The position numbers were made by a program, and so were the translations under genes. From contig NC_134030.1 of assembly GCF_964204645.1 (NCBI RefSeq), positions 8,769,222 through 8,833,221 of the forward strand: DNA of 64,000 nucleotides. The letters run 5' to 3'. This DNA is from Tubulanus polymorphus. Lineage: Eukaryota > Animalia > Nemertea. Below, one piece after another: positions 12,845 through 54,080 of this stretch. The stretch's first letter is position 1; every line of letters starts with the position of its first letter. Under the pieces are notes generated by a model, which did not search any database, was not told the origin of the DNA, and saw only the letters and a program-made list of their open reading frames with translations.

Positions 12845-13207
12845 GTATGATGTACATTTATATCTCGGCATCGGCGTCAAGAAAGGAGATTAATTTGTGG
12901 CGTTATAAATATCGCCAGAATTGCCTGATGTCATATGCGAATGATCAGAAACGTAAGGTGATCAAATAATAGTTTCCAACCAATCGATTTACGTCTCATA
13001 TTCTAATTATGACCGTTGTCTTCGAATCGATGTCAATAGCTTAGCACGCCCAGATCCAATATATTTTGATGGCGCAAGAAACGACGGTTGGCCGATTCGG
13101 AATAGCTGCTAGCGTAAATCAAAACCAATTTGAAAAAATATTCATTTCGATACTATTTTTATTTATATACAACATGAAATGTTAAACACCGATAAACAAT
13201 GAAAACG

Positions 13208-43378
<30,171 letters not shown>

Positions 43379-44324
43379 TTTGTTTGTTTGTCACTATCCG
43401 TAGTCGATGGGATGCGGAATGGGAAACGGACGTTTAAAAAACGAAGTTGCCATTTGCACTTGATACGGACCAACTAAAAAGGCCCAATGAAAAAAGACGA
43501 AATAACTATCCATATATAATGGCCGAAGTACAAGAGAACGTACACGCCGATATATTCGTATCTGAACAGATAGATTTTCCTTTCCTCGCCGACTCCACCC
43601 GTTAAACAGTGAAACGAGGCCCGACTAGTAAACTGCCGGCCGCTTTGGCGGCATCGGTTTCCCGGCCCCCGATTGTCGAAACGCGATGAAGATAGACCTT
43701 GCCCTCCCAGCCGTTTATGAGCGATCTTCTTCTTCTTTAGCTGCTCGGTAGACCGTCTTTCGTTAGACGTATTTCACCGATGCACGTCATGAGATGAAAA
43801 ATATGTTATAGAACTGAAGTTTAAGCACCCCGAATATTTTGACGAGTTTCTCCTACACGGTCGGCCATATGCTGAACAGTCAAGTGGCACTTTGTTGGAG
43901 AAATATTGATAATTTCGGTGAAAATTTTAAACTGCCCACATAGAGCGCGATCGTGTTGGTTTCAGGCGTAAAAGACATGAAAGATCAAAGAAAACGAGGC
44001 AATTATTTTTAAAGTTGACTTGTACATTGTATTACCATTTGAAATGAGTTTATTTCCACAGCGAATTCTATTTATATTTACAAGGCAAATAATCATTCAT
44101 TCTACCGAGATGAAATACATTTTGTATTTATTTACACAATGAGTTGCATGGATTTTAAAACTACAATGCCTGAATCAGTATCAAAGAGTAGCAATCATAA
44201 CATATAAAACTGAATTACATACAATTTCTTTTAAAATCGTTGAACAGAAGTCACGTATCTATCACACAAATTAGTTAAAATATAAAGCTACGTAATTAGG
44301 ATCAAATCATTTCATTCTCCTCGA

Positions 44325-47300
44325 TTAGTTTCCTGTTTGTTGCGGGGTGTAAATCAAACAGCATCGTAAGAATTTAGCGGTACATTTTCTCGCGAAGAAG
44401 GCTCTCAGATTCATCTCGCGAATCAGTTGCTGGCTGAATTGTCTGCATCGGATCGCGTTACGGGGGCTCGCTACGCGGGCACCGGCAGCGCAACACTGTT
44501 CTCCAAGTCTACCTTCAGTCTCTATAAATGAAATCAAAATTCTCTATACAGCTGATAAAATATGATTTATCATTCAATTCGTTTAATTAAAAATTCCGTA
44601 TAGTGACAGTAATCTTTTCCTAGAGGACTCCATCGCCCCAAAACGACACTACATGTGTATTGGTGGTAAACAGCTTACCATCAGAATCTGAAGACACGCT
44701 AGTCTCTTGTTCTTCGCTGCTTGCAATTTTATTTTCAGTCTCGATAACTTTGGCCTCCTTGATAGCAACTTGAGCCGTAGCTTCCTCTGCGATTGATCTA
44801 AATTAGAAATCGGACAAAGACGTTACGTGAACTTATCTAATTGGATAGATAAAATGCCAGAATTAATCCATAATTCCGCTGTTCTGTTTTCTGACGTAGC
44901 AATGCATGAAGACACCTTACCTTCTTCCAGCGGCGATACAACAGTGTCTGAAGACCACGCGACATCTGTGTTTCTGACGTCGGGTAGTCGCTTGGCGGAA
45001 TATGGTGGCCTTTGAACCGGCAACACATCGCTTCCACAGCCGTCCACGATGACTGCGGCCTAACTCTTTACCTTTAGCGCAACACTCTCGCATTAAACAT
45101 TTACCACGACCTCGGCGACCTAGGATATGAAATGAAGACATCATTGCTAGTTTCATAGGTATTGATAACAGACTTCTTTGCAGTGTATTAGGCGAAGATT
45201 GAGTGGACTAATAACTAGATATGATATTTTCCCAAACAACGCCTGGCTAACAAATCCAATGACATGTATTTACTGAAACGAACGAGAGGTGATAAAATTT
45301 GTCCCTTTAGTTTATTTTTAACAAACATGCCCTTGAGTAATTACCATGTAGTGCACAATCAGTTGCGTCATCGGATTCCACTTGTAATTCGGTGTCGGTC
45401 TCGGCTGCTTGGTTGTCAGCAACCAAATCTTTGACTTCATCGCTGTCAATCAGTTCGTCTTCCTCGTATTCTTCCTCGTCATCATAAGCGGATTCTTCTT
45501 CTTCCGGAGTTGGTATGTAGTCTGGATCGTCTTCCAAATCGGCAACCTCGTCACTTTGATCGTCTTCTTCGATTATTGGCGTTTCCTGTTCAACCTTGAA
45601 TCAAACGAAAAATGAAGCAACACTTTTTACTCATACACCTCGAATAACACTGTTCCGTATGGCTAACACGTTCGGCAGAAGAGCATCGTTCAATAATCAA
45701 TAAGCAGCATCGCAACATATTTCGGAGAAGCACATATAGAAAATCGTCTAAAGGACATTTGAATAAAAACAAAGATCGTAATTGCATACTATAATCACTA
45801 GACATGTGTGTCTAACAGAGCAGTTGGTGCTTGATCCGTTACAAGATTATTTTTTCTTGAACAGAAGAGTCTTCTCTATATTTTCTCTATATTACTTTCT
45901 TCTTCATGGCGACAAAAATCTCAACTTCGAACAAAACTCTTAATTGATTTCAAACACTGCCAACTTCATTCGGAACAATTTGAATAATATGTAATGAATA
46001 GTTACCCTGTCCCTTGAAACATGCGCACAGAAAACCACCTTAATCCGTAACTGACATAACTAACACTGTTGTATTTTTATATTTCAATACATCGTCCCAA
46101 TATATCATATAAAACTACTTATATTTAACACAGCATAAAATGTCAAATTGACGCTTTTCTAGTGTATATACTGTTCATTCTTGTATTGGTATATTTGATA
46201 ATAAACTTTATTATGGCAAAAAACATGATTCGGCGTGGACGTGAAAAATCATTTCACTATTAAGCCCAACGCACACGGCACCGAAAAAACGTTTTTTCCT
46301 CGTGAAAAAACGTTTTTTCGGTGCCGTGTGCGTTGGAGGCAAACACAAAACACCGAACTGAAAAACTTTTTTCGCGAGCAAAAAAACGTCTTTCACGAGC
46401 AAAAAACGTTTTCTGAAAAACGTGTTTTCTGTTTCGGCGAAACAGATTTTTTGCCGTGTGCGTTGGGCTTTAGACCACCAACCATTTCTGTGTCGTGCCT
46501 CATCAGATTTAGATTAAAAAGCATCCAATGGATTTTTAGAGAATGAATAAGTTACCGGTGGTTCAATCTCCTGTTCGTGGATTACATCGGGTTCCTTCGT
46601 ATTTGCATTACGATCAGCGATCATTGAGTTATAGCAACGCGTGAACGGAATTCCTGCGAAAGAAAATTTGAATTCATCTACATAGAATCGTATAATCTAT
46701 TTTCTATACTCGAACGGATATGTAATAATTACCTTCGAATTTACAGCATTCGCGAACCAAAGAACGTCGGAATCGCCAACCGAAATTTACAGAACCAGTC
46801 TACAATAGAATCGATGATTATGTTTTGAAATGATTGGATTCATCCAGAAGAGGAACATTCTTAGGTATTATACGTACCACTGAAGCGGTTTGTTGCCGTG
46901 ATTGGGCAAAACGCCCTCTGCGTCCATGGCGTTTTGAACGACGACGCATTACGTCTACTCGTCTACCTCGAGGGACAAGTCTGACTGGGCGACGATGTAC
47001 ACGGTGGTGTTTGGTCGCTCTATCATATCGAATACAAATGGAATGTCGGTTCGGACCAGCGATGGGAGATACAGGTGTCGTCTTTTCCTCGTTTTTCTCA
47101 ATTTCATCCAAGACTGTTTCTAAATCTGGCTTTAATGTTTCTTCGGAATCGACGTTGTTCTCCTCTGGCAAGGATATCGGTATGATAACTGGTTCTGTTG
47201 GTATTGGCTCGATTATTACATTACCGCTCGGAATGTTGTTATCAATTTCTATAAGAGAAATAGAGAAATTCCAGTTCGCTGACCTTTTCTGTAGAAAGGA

Positions 47301-48887
47301 ACGTAATTATTGTTCAACTTTCTCGAGGAATTGAAACTTCATCAAAATCTGATGGAATATCCATTGGAAGAAAGTATTGGCATTTATCAGCTCCAATACC
47401 GTTTTTCATAAACTTGGTGACTTGTAAATTGCAACTTACGTTTCTTCTGTAAGCAAATAGTTTTCGTCAGTTTTCCGTTAAGTCTCGCTGCATCTTCACC
47501 GTAGACGTGACGATCCATGCCGATCACCATTGCTCTAAAGGATAGACGATATAACATTAAATATTGAATAGATATCCTTTATTCAGCCGACCATATTCAG
47601 ACGACTTCCATTACCTTATTGTGATGCAGCCACATTGGGGAGCTTTGACAGAAAACAAGAAACGTCTTTTAGGTTCGCCAGTAGAGCTGATTCCACCGGG
47701 GCAGTCGGCAAGCGCCTCTGAATTTTCAGCAGTTGGTACGACGCGTCCGCATTCTGGTCGCGGTGAATCCACTTTTACGACGACTCCTCGCATTCCATTT
47801 ACCCCAGTACTGTGCACAGAAACTGCAAAGCATAGCAATAAAAATACAAAAGCGTTCAATGATGAATTTGAGTATATAGACTTATGCTTTATGTTGGTTG
47901 GCAAGTTGGAGAGTTCCATGAAAGATTGAATGAATGGATTTATTTCAGCAGTGCTGGATACAGGGGGTTGTCCCTACCCCTATGGGCATCCCCTGTATAT
48001 GCACCACTGCTAAAAAATAAATCAATTTTGAGATTCCTTAAGAATTCCATGCCCAAACTGATCCGGACTGAATATTTTCGGAAGAAAAATGTCAAATTAA
48101 ACTCTGAAAAACTGTTAAAGTATCACAATTTTGTCGTGGCAATTAGCTGCTTGACCATTAACGAAGTTCTGTAAAATCATAGTGTATGAGAACAACGAAA
48201 TCGCGACAAAGCTCAGAAAAAAGCCCAAAATTTCTTAGGTGGAGACTCTCCTTACCGTTAAAACAGGTCTGCATCAACCCCTAATTTGCATTTCAACTAT
48301 GATATACAGTCCAGAGACATTGAAACCGTTGAGAAAACAGCTTTTTCGAAATCCTTGCAATCACCTATTATTGATTGTTTTTTTCTTTTTACAAGCTTTG
48401 TTCACCCAAAAATAAAACCCCGAATAAAAACAACGTTTATACCCATGCATAAGAAACTATTTTTTCTATAATTGTTTATCGAAAAGATTGCCTATACTTA
48501 CATAGGTGTTCCTGTCCAGGGGCAGTGAAATGTTCGATGCCAACCTGATTTCCATCCAATGCGTATAAAGATTCACCATTAGGATCAGTATTCTCTCTCA
48601 AACGACCAAGTAAATTATTGGTGATGATCGTGCAACCGAATACTGGGGAAAAAACATTTCAATAAGTCCATGAAATATTGTAATGCGCCATGGTATATTT
48701 TTTTCTAGTGTGTAATGAAAATTCAAGATGTCAAATAAACATGGGAGTTTATTCTGCTATCTATGCTTTACGGAAAATTTTCCTTCTTACATATTTATTT
48801 TCGTGGTTCTATGGCCTCTTTTCTGTTGAATATTTGTTACTTACCTCCATGGGCTAAAAGTAGCCCTAGAGCTAGCTTCGTGAACAT
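44325..48887 (-). CDS. Secreted Reeler-domain protein with two anaphylatoxin-like modules, 595 aa; exons 48887-48845, 48642-48502, 47822-47615, 47534-47440, 47248-46878, 46799-46733, 46653-46556, 45594-45345, 45119-44921, 44797-44679, 44521-44325
   Basis: Ten phase-consistent GT-AG introns. Signal peptide MFTKLALGLLLAHGVFG. Reeler-like HFTAPGQEHLFSV...MRGVVV...SVKAPQCGCITIRAMVI...GKLTKTICLQ. Two CCxxG...C...CxxxFxxCC modules. Minus-strand AATAAA at ~44049-44054. Confidence 0.85.
46263..46469. mobile_element. PIF/Harbinger MITE
   Basis: TIR AGCCCAACGCACACGGCA / TGCCGTGTGCGTTGGGCT with TSD TTA, plus an internal third TIR-like copy at ~46322-46336. Confidence 0.8.
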
Positions 48888-48957
48888 CGTTCTCAGAACT
48901 TCTTCGTGTTAACAAAATTTCTAACTTCGCAGTTCGATGTATAGTAGCGTAGTATGA

Positions 48958-48995
48958 TACTGAAGTTTCTTGGCGATGTATCGTAGCTTATATAG
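48958..48995 (-). promoter_or_regulatory. TATA box plus initiator of the Reeler-anaphylatoxin gene
   Basis: Minus-strand TATATAAG at ~48994-48987, with TCAGT about 30 nt downstream and ~75 nt before the ATG. Confidence 0.5.
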
Positions 48996-50696
48996 TTTTA
49001 TTTTTATCGCTCCGGTTCCGAGATAAGGTGACTAACGTCCACCACGCTATAGGGTTTATGGTGCACTAATAACGCTATTTTATAGTCAACATATGTATTT
49101 GGTTATCGTAGCTTTGTTATTCACGAAACGGATATCTTTAACCTGGAGCTATCTAGGTTGCTCAATGTTTGCGCCCTTCATTTCGGCTGATAACACAATA
49201 CCGTCTTGAGTTTCGTAGAATGATGAATGGATTGACACCCACTGATCTCAGTGAATTATACATAATAAGGCTTCGTTGATTTCGATCTAAATGCCTTAGA
49301 AGTTGTCAATGACTTCCAAATGTGCGTGATTATGCACTGCTGCTTATTGAGCCGATTAGTATCTATACAAGGCCAATAGTTCGTAAATTTTCGATGATGC
49401 ACTGAACATTTCCATTAGTTCACTATTTCCCAGAAAAACTGAATACAACATGATTGACTATCTAGTTCTTATTCAATTTTCAAAATCATTGTAGATAAAT
49501 TCAAAATCGAATCATTACCGGCAATTCAAATAACCAGTACTTGAGTTTTGTGTTTTCTTTCTGCACTGGCCTCGATTTTTTGCGGTTTTTTATTACTCGT
49601 AGTTTCTGCAATATGGGAACTGACTGAATGTCACGTGCTGATGGATTGCTGGTAAAATAGATTCCTTACTTCACCGAAAAAATGATAACGCATCCGCAAT
49701 TTCGACATTTTTAATCCTACGCACTTTCCACACGAAAATACACTAAAACAAATTATTGAGGAATATCCTGAAACAGAACTGAAGAAAATGAAAAATTGTT
49801 TCTAGCAACTATTTTTAGGTAGTGTCAGCTAGGGTTTTCCATCATGATCCGATCTTAAGATTTTGTTTTGACCAAACAATTCTTTCAAGCAAGTGACAAC
49901 TGTAAGGCCTATCTAGACGAAAGGGTAAATGATGATTAGAAATTCAAGGTTATTTTCTTTTACTTGAGAGATTGATATTTTTCTGGACTCAAAATTAATC
50001 TAATGAAAGATATTAGAAACGTCGTAATTTCTCAAGATTTGCTAACATTCCTGTAGATGCTCGACCATCCATAGGTCTTCTTCAACAAGTTTTTCTCCAA
50101 TAAAAATTTTTCAGTCCCTTATTTATGAGTAGTAAAGTTTTTGGAGAGGGTTTCGGATGGTGCGGACGACCACCATTTCTGCATTTTTCTAGTTCCAAAT
50201 TTTATTTTTTCACATTTCGGTAATTTCATAAATACTTTGACTTAAATTATCCAGACAATGCCCCACTCGAATTAACCCCAATCAGTTGCTTACCGCTTCA
50301 GGCTGGTTGGAAGATTGTTTGAATGAACCGGAACTCGAAAACTCCAATTATGTACTTCGAATTAAACGAAAAAACTCTATGTAAATTCGACCGCCGATCA
50401 CACAACTATATCTGTACTTCGATTTCCGATTTCAAAATCAAACCCCCTGTTTCGCTCCCAGCAGGTGTTGTGGGTTTGTAAGGGACACCAAATCAAAACA
50501 TATCAAACGAAATCTACCAATCAAATAGAGAGGGCGAATCCACAAACATCTGTCGCTGTTGCACTGCATTAGTTATCGAAATAAAGATTATAAATTCAAT
50601 CTAATGCGTTGTTCGAGTACATTGTAAGTTGTGTTTTATCAAATGTTACCGGTTTTATAATTATTCAATAACCTCGGCCCTATTTTCAGGGAGATT

Positions 50697-52510
50697 TATG
50701 CAAATTTTTTATTCTGCGGGATGACTGTGACGCGATTCTATTGGTACACTAAGCATGGATACGGACCTAGAAACGTTACCTAGTTACCATATCACCCGTA
50801 TCCAGTACGTAAAAATCGGTTAAGCAGAAGAATTATTGTTCCCGTGACCGTTTTCAGCGAAAACACACAAATTCGTTGGCGTACAGTATTTTTAGTGAAG
50901 AATTAGCCTTTTTGCATTACTACGAAAAGCTAGAAGATAAAGGTGAGCTCAATAGTTTCAATTTTCCAGAATTTTCACATATCCAGAAAGCTTTATGAAG
51001 AAATTTTCTGTAATGTCGAGTTGATAATTTATGTAATAATATCTCAATGTGGGCCTTCTGGTTATGTGTTTTCTTCCAGTTTCGCGCGCGATTTTCTTAC
51101 GCCCAATTAATTTGAATTGAAAAAAACAGACGTGATTTTACATTCAACATCTTAAAGGTTTTCGTTATCGGATACTGTTTATGATATGGAAATGAATAAA
51201 ATGATATTCCTCGAAGTTTTGTCTTGTATTTCAAAGAAATCCCAAAAATATATGATTAAGTAATAAAGATGATTATATTTCATCTCATGCTGGTAAAAAA
51301 AATCAAGTGATTAGATGAAAATCGAATAAATTAGATCATGGTTTTCAGGGTATACCTATATTTTCTACGGTTGAAAAGACAGCCATTTTGTTTTGTATCG
51401 ACAAACTCGCCTTGAAACTCATGATAACCATTTTTTATGCTGGTAAAAGAAAGCGTTAAATGAAAATCGAATAGCTCAAATGATCTCAGCGTCTCGCTTG
51501 ATTAATCCCCTCAATACGCAATATGTCCCATGGATACATCAGCCCTATCTCCATTGAACTCCCTTACGCCATACCGAATTCCGGATACGTTCTTTTGAGT
51601 TCAAATCCCTCGACAAACCAACTTTGGGCAGCTGGCACCGGGACACCACGAATCCCATTGTGGCTTGCACCTCCGACTGATCCACTGACGACAGTGTCTT
51701 TTCCCAGTATCACACTGAATCCCACAACCACAAAGACCCAAACCCGCAACAGATTACATGTGCTGACCTGATAGGCTATGATACTGACCTCCACACAATG
51801 CAGTCCGAATTCCGACATCCTCGACAGATCGATTGAATCGTACGTTCAATGGCCGACCACACTGTGTACCCGCACACCACCAGATTTATCGAGTCAAACA
51901 ACCGAAGAGATCCGATACCCAAACAAATCGATCGAGTCCAGTGTTTAATCCCTTACCTATCACATTCCTACACTGGCCCCATCGAATCCCATTCTCCCGA
52001 CTATAATACACAGCATTCCGTAGCCCTACTGATCAGAAATAAGCAGTGTTTGTGTTTGACCATCTTGTCTTTATAACAATAGTAACGTTGTCCGGACTTC
52101 CACATATTGGAATATGTAAATTTTCGCGTATGGAATATGCAAATTTTCGTTACCGCGGGATGAATGTGTGACGCGTACGCGGCGGCCAAACATAGATACG
52201 GACCTAGAAACGTGACCTAGTTACCGTGTCACCCGTATCCAGTACACAAAATCGGTCAAGCAGAACAGTTGTTCCCGTGACCATTTTCAGCGAAAACACT
52301 AGAAATTCGTTGGCGTACACTTTCTTTAGTGAATACTAAGAATTTTTGCACCTGTTAAAAGAAGCTAGAAGCTAAAGGTGAGCTCCATGGTCACACTATT
52401 CGAGGATTTCACAAATGACTAAAATTATTAAACTATGAACACAAGTATTTTCGGTCATTTATCGGTTGTCGCGTATCCGTAAATATGTTTTCTTTCAACT
52501 TCGCGCGTGC
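50697..52510 (+). repeat. Two diverged direct copies of a ~400-bp repeat (50697-51105 and 52138-52510)
   Basis: Both contain GATACGGACCTAGAAACGT.ACCTAGTTACC...CACCCGTATCCAGTAC...GTTCCCGTGACC...AGCTAGAAG.TAAAGGTGAGCTC. Confidence 0.8.
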
Positions 52511-52753
52511 ATTTCATCCGGCTAATAGATTCGAACCGAGCACGACGTGACGTTACTAACAACGTCGAACATAGTTTCGATTGAAGATGTTTTATGATTA
52601 TATGCGAATAAAACCATGTGACTTACTCATTATAAAGGATATTCAACAATTTTCATTTGGAGAGTTTTTTACGCAATGAATATCGATATTTCACAGATTT
52701 TACATATTTTACAGAGGTTTTACTGAACCTTGTTGAACTGAATTTCAGAAATC

Positions 52754-53107
52754 ATGGCTCCAAAAAAGAGTGCCGTTAGAGTTATAGCAGTTAGAGAGGC
52801 GAATCCACGAGACTGCGTCTCCAACATCGAAGACCGAATCGAACATACACCCGTCGAGGAAGACCGAATAGAACAAGCACCCATCAAGGAAAATATTGCC
52901 GAAGCTAGAAAACATCATGACGTCATCTCTCTGTCGGATATTCGCATCAACTTTATAGATACTCCGATAAGCCAGTACCTGATTGAAGTAAAAGTCGGTC
53001 GTTTTGCAAAAATTAAAAGGGCCCTCCGCACACTATTCTGCGGTTGCATCTGTGCTGAGCTACCCCGCAGAAGCGCGCGTCTCAGCAACAGAGTCGGGAG
53101 TGGCTAA
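52754..53107 (+). CDS. Hypothetical 117-aa orphan protein
   Basis: TTTCAG acceptor just upstream, good start context (AAATCATGG), an internal EDRIE repeat, and a C-terminal basic amphipathic stretch with CGCIC. No family recognised. Confidence 0.4.
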   Translation: MAPKKSAVRVIAVREANPRDCVSNIEDRIEHTPVEEDRIEQAPIKENIAEARKHHDVISLSDIRINFIDTPISQYLIEVKVGRFAKIKRALRTLFCGCICAELPRRSARLSNRVGSG

Positions 53108-54080
53108 ATTGCTTGGTCGGTGGCGGGCAGGCGACACAATTTTTTTCCACCGGCATCTTGTACTCCCGAGATATTTGGTGAGTGATTGTACGGTTTTGCG
53201 TTTACACCCGATCGACAAGTTAGATAATCAAAAATCTTAAGTAGAGGTCTCGTAACAAAACCAGCAATGTCATCACATTACTCGTGGGCCTGGGGTACTC
53301 GATGCCACGGACACTTATTTGCCCTCGATTTGAAATCATTTTCGGCAGATTTTCATTCCAATTTCCGACAACATGATTTTCTCTTTCGGTCTTCTTTTGG
53401 AATGTGGTTCAGTTTATTTGGGGTTTAGTATCTTCCTTGATTCCGGGGAACAGATTATCTATTTCATGGTTCATCGATCGAACCCCATCACTGTAATCGT
53501 GAATTAGGTAAAGGATTCGTCCCTGGATTGAGATTGATACCCGATACCTTTTAGACTAGTCCACGGTGTACATGCTTTGGCTGTACGACCAAGTTTCTTC
53601 ATCTAAATCACATTACTTTCGGACAAATTTTCAATTTATTGTCGTCTGTCCGTCACCGATCAATCATGTTGCTGGTGTACCAAATTTGTCGTGACATTTT
53701 TCTTACAAAATCTAATTTCTTCCACTTTTCCGAAAATGTATGTTTATGGCATTCTAATTTCCTCAGTAGTGGAAGAAAATTTGCAGCATTTATTGCATCC
53801 TATTCTTTTGGAACAAAATTCTCATTTTTCTTACTATAAAGGTATCCGCTTCCACTGTTACTATTTTCCTTTGAAATCCTCTAATTCTCTTTTTCATGCC
53901 TGATCATACTGATCATCAAAACCCTTTCAAAAATCGTTTGTACCAATTTTCTTTTATTCATGTCGTTTTTCATTCAGTTTTCTTTCAAATCAAAGCTACT
54001 GGTACGAAACATTTTGCTATCTCAACGGACGTAGCCGAAATCACGACAGATTGGTACACCAATCTCACGCCACTAACAAT

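Noticed and set aside
45590-45805. Cys-rich ORF as a third anaphylatoxin exon of the Reeler gene
   Set aside because: It lacks CCxxG and the conserved Phe, ends in a stop overlapping the exon 8 acceptor, and exons 7 and 8 already join in phase.
51480-52080. C/A-skewed block with short ORFs on both strands
   Set aside because: Stops occur in the frames checked and no recognisable domain or exon chain was found.
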